Shown here piece after piece: positions 8,225 to 16,708 of a DNA stretch of 25,297 bases. The position numbers were made by a program, and so were the translations under genes. The stretch is from a virus (taxonomy: Duplodnaviria > Caudoviricetes), in the IMG/VR virus record IMGVR_UViG_3300043409_001340, positions 1-25,297 of that record. One strand, written 5' to 3'. Position 1 is the first letter of the stretch. Each line of letters starts with the position of its first letter. The notes under the pieces are model-generated. The model worked only from the letters and a program-made list of their open reading frames with translations. It did not search any database and was not told where the DNA came from.

Positions 8225-9139
8225 GTGAATTCTATTGCTAAACACACAAAAATTGCAACAAACATAGCAGAAGCCGGCAAGAGATTAGCCGCCGCGGGCG
8301 TGGATGTATCACGTATTACAAAAGATGCTTTTCTCACAGCAAAAGCCAAGATAAATCCCATCCTTAAAAAAGCCGGCATTGGTGCAGGCTGGACATCAGG
8401 TGGGGCAGGCAGTTTTGATCCAGAACATCCGTATTCTGGAACACTAAGACAGGATTCTGGCGATGTGGATATCATGATTGACCCACAAGAGTTAGTTAAA
8501 AAATTCCCAGCAGATATAGCACAGTGGAATGCCGCATCAGCCAAACCCTTAGGCCCCAAAGCAATAGACAACGCCATGGCAGATCCAGCCAAAAAAGCTG
8601 GGTTGCAAATGAAAGCCAGCAAGGCAGCATTGGCTGCTTTTATGACACAAAATGGCTTACCAACGGATCCTGGCACATTGACAATGGAATATACTGCTGG
8701 TGGCAAACACTACTCGGTAGATTTAATCGTACGGCCACGGTCAGCCTGGATGCTACATACACACGATTTTAGTTTGGATCAAAATATGCGTGGTGGAGAT
8801 TTGTGGAACGACCTATATGCGGCACTGACCAAAGTGAGTAGTCCACAACAATTTACTGATCCCAAAACTGGTGATGTCAAGGGTAGTTTACAATTTAGTC
8901 CTGACAATGGACTGGTAGATAGAACAACTGGAAAGGTTGTGGCTATTGATAAAGATCAAATAGCAAAAATATTAATTGGGCCAGAAGCCAAAGCTCGTGA
9001 TATATCCAGTTTAACCGGTATCAAAAATGCCTTGCAAAAATATCCTAAAAAATGGGATGCAGTAAAACAGTTTTATCCAGTCCCGGTTCAAGAAGGAACA
9101 TCAGACTGGTTTAGAAGTATATTGGACAAAGTAAAATGA
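8225..9139 (+). CDS. Putative Pol-beta-superfamily nucleotidyltransferase
   Basis: GTG start with AGGGGA SD and GCTAAATA at 8196-8203. G62-S63 ... D80-x-D82 (AGSF...SGDVDIMID) plus a third Asp in YSVDLIV (D166). Confidence 0.6.
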   Translation: MNSIAKHTKIATNIAEAGKRLAAAGVDVSRITKDAFLTAKAKINPILKKAGIGAGWTSGGAGSFDPEHPYSGTLRQDSGDVDIMIDPQELVKKFPADIAQWNAASAKPLGPKAIDNAMADPAKKAGLQMKASKAALAAFMTQNGLPTDPGTLTMEYTAGGKHYSVDLIVRPRSAWMLHTHDFSLDQNMRGGDLWNDLYAALTKVSSPQQFTDPKTGDVKGSLQFSPDNGLVDRTTGKVVAIDKDQIAKILIGPEAKARDISSLTGIKNALQKYPKKWDAVKQFYPVPVQEGTSDWFRSILDKVK

Positions 9140-10992
9140 GATTATTTGAGATTTTTAACCAGTCGGATAAATTCCCACTACATACCGCCCCCAGGGTACT
9201 AACCGAAGGTATTACTCACGTTGAAGATTTGATTATTGACGATGGTGCCGCAGGTGCTGAACGAGCAGTTGCTGAGTTAAAAGGTCTGGGTAAAAATACC
9301 GATACAGTAACCGTTAAATGGGATGGATTTCCAGCAGTGGTGTTTGGTCGCGATGCCACAGGACAAATAGTATTTGTAGACAAACACATGTACGACAAAG
9401 TCTCCAAGGGCAAGATGGAGTTTATGAGCATTGCTGCCTATGACGAGCAACGTGGATCTAATCGCAATGATCTATGGGATAAAGAAGGTATCATACGCCC
9501 ACTGCTAGAGAAAATAGTACCCATGGTCAAGGATCAGTATTGGATGGGTGACTTAATGTGGTCACATACTCCCGCTACCAAAGATGGATTCTATGTCTTT
9601 AAACCCAATACTGTGGAATACAAAGTTAAAATTGATAGTCCACTTGGTGACAAAATTACCAAGAGTGCTGGTGGTATAGCAGTACATACCTTTATCAATG
9701 GGTTAGGTCAGGGCGATGTTCCGCTGGTGGGATTACGGGGGCTTAAAGAAAAAGCTGGTATCACTTTCCTAGTTGGAGAAATGACCGAGAAGCCCAAAGT
9801 TGTCGTTGATAAACGAGTGTTGGGTGAAGCTGACGCAGTAATTAGACAGCATAAAAAAGCAGTAACTAAATTCATGGCAGATGTAACTGCCATGAAGGGC
9901 AAGAGTATTATAACAGCAATGAGCCCGTTTATTACACGTATGTTGGAAGAGAATGATATAAGTGCAGACATTGTACCACGCTTTTTAAATTTCCTACGTG
10001 AACGATTCGCTGATAATAAAGTAGTAACAGCAAAGTTTTTGGGTGCAAACAATGATGGTTGGTTATATCAAGAAGATGGTGGTGCACCGGGATTATTGGG
10101 ATTGTGGAGTATGTGGGCCTCAGTAACAGATTTAAAACTACATATTAAACAACAGATAGACACACAGCAACAAAATAGTGAAATTATTGCCATCACAGAT
10201 GGTGCAACTGCACATGAAGGATATGTATTTGGTGCTGGTCGAGATAAATTAAAACTAATTGATCGACTGGGATTTAGTAAAGCAAACTTTGCTAAACATC
10301 GTGTATCCGATGACGAGGTAGCAGCCAAGCAGAAGATGCCATTGGCCGCATTTTGTTTCGGACGTATGAATCCACCCACTCTGGGTCATAATTTAGTTAT
10401 GGCCAAAACAGTAGCAACAGGTGGAAAGAACAGTTATATATTCTTAAGTAATAGTAACAAAGCACCGGATGATCCATTAGATCCAGCAACCAAAGCAGCC
10501 TTTATCAAAGCAATATATCCCAAGTATGCGGCCCGTATTGTGTCTGACCCAGTGCAAGGTCCTATATACGCAGCCAATTGGTTGTACGACAAAGGCTTCC
10601 GCAATATAGCTTTTATTGGTGGCAGTGACCGTTTGGGTAATAGTGCTGGCAGTATTGAAAAGTTATTAACTGGATGGAATAGTGGATCAGTTCGCACCAC
10701 AGACAATGCCCGTGGACCCACTGGACGTGAACACGTTCATCTGACATTTGTTAGCAGTGGTGACCGTGATCCTGATGCGGGTGGGTTAGCTGGGATTAGC
10801 GGGTCGCTAGCACGTAAATTGGCCACTGCTGGAGATGAGGCTGGCTTTCAGAAAGCCACAGGAGTAGGTCCAAACATTAAAGTGGGTGGCAAAACATTGT
10901 ATCAAGCCACACGTGATGGCATGGGTATTGCTGATAAACCAATCGCACCAGCATTACCAGTCAAGCCAGTCAAACCTGTAGCTAAAAAATAA
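9136..10992 (+). CDS. Two-domain protein: N-terminal ligase-like (KxDG) nucleotidyltransferase domain fused to a C-terminal HIGH-superfamily (cytidylyltransferase-like) domain
   Basis: TVKWDG (K61, motif I), WMGDLMW, HEGYV and KLIDR resemble ATP-dependent ligase motifs I/III/IV/V. The C-terminal FGRMNPPTLGH (from F408), GGSDR and ISGSLAR are HIGH-family motifs. Confidence 0.7.
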   Translation: MRLFEIFNQSDKFPLHTAPRVLTEGITHVEDLIIDDGAAGAERAVAELKGLGKNTDTVTVKWDGFPAVVFGRDATGQIVFVDKHMYDKVSKGKMEFMSIAAYDEQRGSNRNDLWDKEGIIRPLLEKIVPMVKDQYWMGDLMWSHTPATKDGFYVFKPNTVEYKVKIDSPLGDKITKSAGGIAVHTFINGLGQGDVPLVGLRGLKEKAGITFLVGEMTEKPKVVVDKRVLGEADAVIRQHKKAVTKFMADVTAMKGKSIITAMSPFITRMLEENDISADIVPRFLNFLRERFADNKVVTAKFLGANNDGWLYQEDGGAPGLLGLWSMWASVTDLKLHIKQQIDTQQQNSEIIAITDGATAHEGYVFGAGRDKLKLIDRLGFSKANFAKHRVSDDEVAAKQKMPLAAFCFGRMNPPTLGHNLVMAKTVATGGKNSYIFLSNSNKAPDDPLDPATKAAFIKAIYPKYAARIVSDPVQGPIYAANWLYDKGFRNIAFIGGSDRLGNSAGSIEKLLTGWNSGSVRTTDNARGPTGREHVHLTFVSSGDRDPDAGGLAGISGSLARKLATAGDEAGFQKATGVGPNIKVGGKTLYQATRDGMGIADKPIAPALPVKPVKPVAKK

Positions 10993-10993
10993 T

Positions 10994-11266
10994 ATGGAAG
11001 ACAAGTTAACAGTTAATGTACATTGTGCCGATTCTGCATTAACACCAGTATATCGTTTGTATATTAATTCTGATTTGATCACAGAACGAACTTTTATCTG
11101 GGATCATACTAAAACATATATTACTGAGAACTTGTTGTTAAATTTACCAGCAGGAAAACATAAAGTTTGGATCAGCGCAGGCAGACAAGAGATGTTTCAA
11201 TTGCGTGATGCAACATTGAACCAAATACCGATTACACTAGATTCAATCGGTAATTTCACTAAATAA
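10994..11266 (+). CDS. Hypothetical protein (90 aa)
   Basis: Starts 1 nt after the upstream stop. Contains PVYRLYINSDLITERTFIW. No known motif. Confidence 0.75.
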   Translation: MEDKLTVNVHCADSALTPVYRLYINSDLITERTFIWDHTKTYITENLLLNLPAGKHKVWISAGRQEMFQLRDATLNQIPITLDSIGNFTK

Positions 11267-11283
11267 AGATAAAGGATACTCCA

Positions 11284-13440
11284 ATGAAGTTTGCCGATTT
11301 TCATAACACAAAACTAGCAGAAGCATCTAAAACTAGAAATCCAACTAGGGATTATTTAAGAAACAATCCTGTTAGTCCAGATCAGATGGCAAAGCCGGTT
11401 AAACAAATGTCCCAACCTGTAATACCGCAAGATCAAATAGCTAAAGCATGGACACAGAATAAGTCTAAAGCACAGATGTTTATTAAGAATGTGCCGGTTG
11501 CAATTATGCCTACATCTAAACTTCCACCAAATTCAGTTGATAGTGTAAAACAAGAAGCCGGCAAAAGAGATCAAACTTCTTATAGTCCTGAAAAATTTGC
11601 TAACGGGTTGGCAGCGATACAAGCACCAAAGCAGGGTAAGGGTGAAATTTATATATTTGATCAGAGTAGTATGGCAAATTATGGCCCGTATTCTAGTCAA
11701 ATAACTCCCGCTTTATCAGAGTATCTACAACAATTAGGAATAGACTCGGCTATAGCCAAATTATATATTAAGAAAGTACCAACTCCGTTTATACCGGCAT
11801 CGGTATTTGGTATAGAGGGTAAACGAATACAAACTTCTTGGGGAGATCAAGCAGTTGATTCAGGAGCCTTTATTACTCAAGAGGCAAATGGTCATACTTA
11901 TTGTTGCAACCCGGATTCACAGGGGTTACCTATCGGATATATACCTGCACAGCAAGGTGTGGCGGAAGCTTCAAACACGATGCAAAGATATGGTCAACTA
12001 ATACTTAAACGTGCTAAGGCGAAACGAGAGGCCGAAGCAAGGGAAAAGGCTGAGAAAGAAAAGGCTGAGCAGGAAAAGGCTGATAAAGAAAAGAAGCCGG
12101 GTGTGGCGGAGGCCCGCGATCCAAAAACTGAATATGATCGCAACTTATTAGTGTCATGGATACAAAATTATATACCGCACAGTGATGCCGGTAAACAAGT
12201 TCAACGATATTTTAATACTCCTGACACATTACTACCTCAACTATCCGAGGTAGTTGGATTGATAGATGAAATATTTTATGAATCTTTAGAAAATGGCAGC
12301 GAAGGGGATGTTCTGCCTGATGAGAAAAAAGACTTAAGATTTTTCTACCAGGCGGTTAAACAAGCTAAAAAGCAAGGTGTGGCGGAAGGCTACTGGGATG
12401 ATGCAGTTAAAGCAATCGAGAAAGCAAGCAAAGAGCGTGCCGGCAAACCGTTTGAAAAGAACCCAGCAAGTCATGACAAGAACGGTGTCTATCTAGGCGA
12501 TAAAGATTTAGCAGGAAACCCAGTACCAAAGCATAAAGAACCGGGAGTAGCGGAAGCCAAAGCTGATCCACTTGGTTCTTGGATAGCACATAAAAACGGT
12601 ACAGAGGCAAGAAAATTCAAAACACGTGAAGGTGCTAAAAAATATGTAGCATCACATGAGGGATTTACTGTTAGTTCGTCAGAAGCATTTCACGATACCT
12701 ATCGTAAGAAAAAAGTACAAGAAGTAAAGAAATTTCGCACTACTTATGGCTGGGCAGGCGGTAGTAAAGAACCTCGATCGGCCCACGCCAAACAAGTTGC
12801 AGCCAAGCGTAAAGAATATGAAAAGGGCCTGGGAAAATTTGAACCCACGGATGATATGGTTGGCACTGCCAAGATGATTAAAGATATCGCAATGAGCGAT
12901 GCATCACCTGAACATAAAAAAGCCGCGATTGATGCGTTGAATAAGAAAGGTGTGGCGGAAGAATACAATCCAGAATATGATGACGAAGCAGGTATGGCAG
13001 ACAACAATCTTAGCACCCTGCGCCGTGCCGTGGACGGACTAGATGACTTGATTGACACTGGTGATAATTTGCCTGAATGGTGTCAAGAAAAGATTGCTGT
13101 GGCTAAATCTATGTTAGTCACTGTCTGGAACTATATGGAATCCGAAGATGACGTTATGGCGGAAGGTGAAAAATGGATACAAAAGGCAGTGAATCCCAAG
13201 ACCAAAGGCGATTTACACAAAGCATTACATGTACCACAAGATGAAACGATTCCTAAATCCAGAATAGCCCAAGCTATACATAGCACAGATCCACATCTAC
13301 GCCATATGGCACAATTTGCTAAAAATGTAGCTAAAGAAGATGCTGGTGGCATGGGTACAGGCAGTGTGGCAACAAGTATGGGTGCTGGTAACGGATTTGC
13401 AAATGGCGGTCCGGGTACTATAACACGTAGAAGAAAATAA
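11284..13440 (+). CDS. Modular 718-aa protein made of unrelated segments joined by GVAE|x linkers; putative capsid-internal polyprotein
   Basis: ACTAAATA at 11258-11265 and AAGGA SD. N-terminus MKFADFHNTKLAE|A. Linkers: QGVAEA, PGVAEA, QGVAEG, PGVAEA, KGVAEE, VMAEG. Gly-rich C-terminus. Confidence 0.85.
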   Translation: MKFADFHNTKLAEASKTRNPTRDYLRNNPVSPDQMAKPVKQMSQPVIPQDQIAKAWTQNKSKAQMFIKNVPVAIMPTSKLPPNSVDSVKQEAGKRDQTSYSPEKFANGLAAIQAPKQGKGEIYIFDQSSMANYGPYSSQITPALSEYLQQLGIDSAIAKLYIKKVPTPFIPASVFGIEGKRIQTSWGDQAVDSGAFITQEANGHTYCCNPDSQGLPIGYIPAQQGVAEASNTMQRYGQLILKRAKAKREAEAREKAEKEKAEQEKADKEKKPGVAEARDPKTEYDRNLLVSWIQNYIPHSDAGKQVQRYFNTPDTLLPQLSEVVGLIDEIFYESLENGSEGDVLPDEKKDLRFFYQAVKQAKKQGVAEGYWDDAVKAIEKASKERAGKPFEKNPASHDKNGVYLGDKDLAGNPVPKHKEPGVAEAKADPLGSWIAHKNGTEARKFKTREGAKKYVASHEGFTVSSSEAFHDTYRKKKVQEVKKFRTTYGWAGGSKEPRSAHAKQVAAKRKEYEKGLGKFEPTDDMVGTAKMIKDIAMSDASPEHKKAAIDALNKKGVAEEYNPEYDDEAGMADNNLSTLRRAVDGLDDLIDTGDNLPEWCQEKIAVAKSMLVTVWNYMESEDDVMAEGEKWIQKAVNPKTKGDLHKALHVPQDETIPKSRIAQAIHSTDPHLRHMAQFAKNVAKEDAGGMGTGSVATSMGAGNGFANGGPGTITRRRK

Positions 13441-14311
13441 AATGAAATCATTTAGAAAACACCTGTCAGAAGTTGCCGCAGTTAAACCCAGAAAAGCACC
13501 AAAGAAGTTTCCGGGATATTGGGCTGGAAAAGACTCAGCTAAAGCGTCACGTAGTAAAATGGTTGGTGGTGAGAGTATAACCTCTGCACCATCCGGACAG
13601 GATTATCTAAAAGAGTTTGAAAACTTCCAGGAGCCTGCTGTGGTAACGGGCTTATTAAATGAATTGTCAGGTTATAAGGCTAATAATCTATATAAAAATT
13701 TAAGTTCACACAAAAGATACAATGTTTATGTAAGCAAACAGAAGTTTAAAAATTTATACTTTATTGCGGTTGCTGAAAATCCAAGAACATTGCAAGCAAC
13801 ATTTAAAGCCAAAGGTCAGAATCCAGAAGAAGCAGTTAATAATTTAAAATTAGAAATTGATAAGGAAATTGATGTAGCTACTAAAGTTAGCGGATACGCT
13901 ACATTGGATTTTAATGTTGAGTTTGCAAAGGATATATTAGAACTAAGCACAGATACTTTCTATGCCAAAATTAACCCTGGTCCACAGTTAGTGTTGGCGG
14001 GTGCCGAGATAATGGAATATCCTGAAATAATGCGAGACGAGGGGTTTAAACCCAGCACTATTAGAACTTATAAAGGTGGTGAAGGTACTACTCTACTTCC
14101 GGGTGTTCCGTTAAGTTCCAAAGCGGCAATGACTGCAAATCTTATTGCCAATGGCAGATATGTTTTGGGAGATGAAACAATAGATAAAGATGGCAATAGA
14201 GTATTTAATTTAACTTTTGATAGTGTGGTGCAAGCATCCAACGATAAAATGCGAATGAGAGCGCCAGCGGTTACTATAGGTACTAATAGATCTCAAGGTG
14301 TGACAGAAGCG
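11951..14311 (+). repeat. Dispersed in-frame direct repeats, core GGTGTGGCGGA (Gly-Val-Ala-Glu)
   Basis: Cores start at 11956, 12100, 12376 and 12949 (identical GGTGTGGCGGA), 12544 (GGAGTAGCGGAA), 13153 (GTTATGGCGGAA) and 14297 (GGTGTGACAGAA). 11951-11968 and 12371-12388 are an identical 18-mer, AGCAAGGTGTGGCGGAAG. Confidence 0.9.
12043..12093 (+). repeat. 15-nt period tandem repeat encoding (EKAxx)n
   Basis: GAAAAGGCTGA at 12043, 12058 and 12073, with a partial copy at 12088. Confidence 0.8.
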
Positions 14312-14884
14312 CCGATTGAAATGGATCCAGCAGAGCCAATGAATCCCATGATCCACAATCATCAAGGTGCCAATCCTGCCAAACTACAATACCGTATGGC
14401 CAGAGCCGCCGCACAATTTAAAGAGTTAGCAAAACGAGCTGAAAATGGCAGTGCCATTGGTTGGGAAAGTATTGCTCGCCAATTTGGTGAACTAGCAATG
14501 AATGTTGAACAAATTAAACATGGATTGGATGAACTTGCCGCTATACGTAAAAAAGGTGGAAGAGGTTCCAGAGGGATTGATCCCAACATTGGTGAAGCGG
14601 CTTCAGTAGTTCCTGGTGCTACAGCGCCAGGTGCGGTGCCAGACCCAATTGAAGTTAAAAAGGCACAAATTCAGAAAACCCAGAGTGGCAAATTGGCTTC
14701 TGTTGTTGGTGCCAATCCGGCTGCGTTGGTGAAATCATTGGCTGCGGCTGGTAACGGAACATCTACTCCAGCAACAGCACAAGCATTGTCACCAGCAATT
14801 GACGACATAGCTAATTTATTAAAAGATCCCACATTGGGCCCACAGTTAATTGCTTTATTAGCCAAAGCTAAACAAATTAAATAA
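13442..14884 (+). CDS. Modular 480-aa protein, putative capsid-internal protein
   Basis: N-terminus MKSFRKHLSE|V resembles the T4 capsid-targeting sequence MKTYQEFIAE. Internal candidate sites LLNE|L, QGVTE|A and IGE|A. Ala/Pro-rich C-terminal part. Confidence 0.85.
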   Translation: MKSFRKHLSEVAAVKPRKAPKKFPGYWAGKDSAKASRSKMVGGESITSAPSGQDYLKEFENFQEPAVVTGLLNELSGYKANNLYKNLSSHKRYNVYVSKQKFKNLYFIAVAENPRTLQATFKAKGQNPEEAVNNLKLEIDKEIDVATKVSGYATLDFNVEFAKDILELSTDTFYAKINPGPQLVLAGAEIMEYPEIMRDEGFKPSTIRTYKGGEGTTLLPGVPLSSKAAMTANLIANGRYVLGDETIDKDGNRVFNLTFDSVVQASNDKMRMRAPAVTIGTNRSQGVTEAPIEMDPAEPMNPMIHNHQGANPAKLQYRMARAAAQFKELAKRAENGSAIGWESIARQFGELAMNVEQIKHGLDELAAIRKKGGRGSRGIDPNIGEAASVVPGATAPGAVPDPIEVKKAQIQKTQSGKLASVVGANPAALVKSLAAAGNGTSTPATAQALSPAIDDIANLLKDPTLGPQLIALLAKAKQIK

Positions 14885-14899
14885 AGCTATGTTGTGGTA

Positions 14900-14907
14900 G
14901 TTAAATA
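14900..14907 (+). promoter_or_regulatory. Late-type promoter (GTTAAATA) upstream of the terminase operon
   Basis: TAAATACTT core 5 nt before the ATG at 14913, with no SD. Confidence 0.55.
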
Positions 14908-14912
14908 CTTCT

Positions 14913-15125
14913 ATGAATGAATATGATCCATTACAGGAACTCAAAGTCCTAGCTGGAATAACTAATAAACCAAATTGGCAACCATACAGCATGGGTAGCA
15001 ATGTCAGCATTACTGGACAAGAAAAAGCCGACCTACAACGTAAACACGATATACGACCAGGTACTCCAGAATGGTTTAAACTTTGGTTTGCCAAACCATA
15101 CCTGACAGGCGAGAAACCCATATAA
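14913..15125 (+). CDS. Small hypothetical protein (70 aa) translationally coupled to terminase
   Basis: Contains LQELKVLAGI and PGTPEWFKLWF motifs. Its stop TAA overlaps the terminase ATG (TAATG at 15123-15127). Confidence 0.75.
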   Translation: MNEYDPLQELKVLAGITNKPNWQPYSMGSNVSITGQEKADLQRKHDIRPGTPEWFKLWFAKPYLTGEKPI

Positions 15126-16690
15126 TGTCATCACAAGACGGATCGTTAATAAAACGACCAAATCGGCAAGAGAACTATACCGAACAACAAATGCGCGAGT
15201 TTGCCCAGTGTGCTGACCCAGTAACTGGCCCATTATATTTCTTAACTCACTTCTTCTATATACAACATCCCATGCAAGGCAAACTGTTGTATCAGCCTTA
15301 CGGATTCCAAGTCAGACTGATTGCAACTTATCATAACTATCGATTTAACATTAATATGTTACCTCGGCAAATGGGCAAAACAGCAACAGCCGCTGGATAC
15401 TTGTTATGGTATGCCATGTTTGTCCCCGACGCAACTATATTAGTGGCGGCACACAAGTATAGTGGCGCACAGGAAATTATGCAACGAGTACGTTATGCAT
15501 ACGAAGATTGTCCAGATCATATACGTGCTGGTGTTACCAGTTACAACAAAGGCAGTATAGAGTTTGAAAATGGTAGCCGTATAGTTAGTCAAGCAACCAC
15601 AGAAAATACTGGTCGTGGTATGTCCATAACATTGCTGTATTGCGATGAGTTTAGTTTTGTGCGACCAACGATTGCTCGTGAGTTTTGGACCAGTATTAGC
15701 CCCACATTGGCAACTGGTGGTAAAGCCATTATAACCAGTACTCCAAACAGTGACGAAGATCAGTTTGCACAACTTTGGCAAGGTGCCAATCAGTGCTTAG
15801 ATGAGTTCGGCAATGAAACTGATGTTGGACGAAACGGATTTAAATCATTCAGAGCATACTGGAATGAACATCCAGATCGTGATGAGAACTGGGCAAGTGA
15901 GCAACGAGGACAATTGGGTGAAGAACGCTTCCGTCGTGAAATGGATTGCGAATTTATTCGCGATGATGAAACACTGATTGATCCACTGAAACTAGCACGT
16001 ATGGAAGGTGTTAGTCCCATTAACAAGCAAGGACAGGTACGCTGGTATAAGGAGATAGATCCCAAATCCACTTATATAGTGGCATTAGATCCCAGCATTG
16101 GTACTGGTGGTGATCCTGCTGCAATAGAAGTATTTGAATTGCCCAGTTGTGAACAAGTAGCAGAATGGTGTCATAATAAAACACCGGTGGAACAACAAAT
16201 TAAAATTTTGGCAGAAATTATAACTCTTATTGCAGAAACAGTTAAAACCAACGAGCAAATATACTACAGTTTAGAAAATAACACAATTGGTGAAGCAGGA
16301 TTGGTTAGTTTACGTGAGTATGGCGAGGAAAACATACCGGGCACAATGTTAAGCGAGCCGCATAGACTGGGTAATGTACGAAAACATCGCAAAGGGTTTT
16401 CAACCACACACTCAAGCAAACTAAGTGCCTGTGCTAAACTTAAGAATTTTGTAGAAACAGACAAACTAGTGATCAAAAGTAAACCACTGATATCAGAGCT
16501 TAAAAACTTCATTTCCAGTGGTACCACATACAAAGCACTAACTGGGCAAACAGATGATTTAGTAATGGCCACTGTATTAGCAGTTAGAATGATAGCATTT
16601 TTACAGAGTTACGACGCCAATCTAGATGATAAAATGCGTAATGGCAGTGACGAACCCACACGTATGCCAATGCCCTTTATAATAATGTAA
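15125..16690 (+). CDS. terL: Terminase large subunit (T4 gp17-like)
   Basis: Walker A LPRQMGKT, Walker B LLYCDEF, motif III ITSTPN, FRREMDCEF, and nuclease acidic residues in VALDPS and TDDLVMA. The likely start is the ATG at 15125, not 15083. Confidence 0.93.
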   Translation: MSSQDGSLIKRPNRQENYTEQQMREFAQCADPVTGPLYFLTHFFYIQHPMQGKLLYQPYGFQVRLIATYHNYRFNINMLPRQMGKTATAAGYLLWYAMFVPDATILVAAHKYSGAQEIMQRVRYAYEDCPDHIRAGVTSYNKGSIEFENGSRIVSQATTENTGRGMSITLLYCDEFSFVRPTIAREFWTSISPTLATGGKAIITSTPNSDEDQFAQLWQGANQCLDEFGNETDVGRNGFKSFRAYWNEHPDRDENWASEQRGQLGEERFRREMDCEFIRDDETLIDPLKLARMEGVSPINKQGQVRWYKEIDPKSTYIVALDPSIGTGGDPAAIEVFELPSCEQVAEWCHNKTPVEQQIKILAEIITLIAETVKTNEQIYYSLENNTIGEAGLVSLREYGEENIPGTMLSEPHRLGNVRKHRKGFSTTHSSKLSACAKLKNFVETDKLVIKSKPLISELKNFISSGTTYKALTGQTDDLVMATVLAVRMIAFLQSYDANLDDKMRNGSDEPTRMPMPFIIM

Positions 16691-16694
16691 TTGG

Positions 16695-16702
16695 TATAAA
16701 TA
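16695..16702 (+). promoter_or_regulatory. T4-type late promoter TATAAATA
   Basis: Exact consensus 6 nt before the ATG at 16709, with no SD. Confidence 0.7.
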
Positions 16703-16708
16703 CTTGAT

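Noticed and set aside
11951-14311. GGTGTGGCGGA repeats as a CRISPR array
   Set aside because: The repeats are only 11-18 nt, the spacing is irregular (144-405 nt or more), all copies are in frame within coding sequence, and no cas genes are present.
15083-15124. Track start for terminase (and likewise 18757 for SSB, 21063 for radical SAM 1, 1879 for o-spanin)
   Set aside because: Downstream ATGs have better support: the TAATG coupling at 15125, the SD before 18811 and before 21144, and the signal-peptide geometry at 1894.
14913-15125. Terminase small subunit
   Set aside because: The position fits, but it is only 70 aa with no recognisable gp16-like helical or oligomerisation pattern, so it is left as hypothetical.
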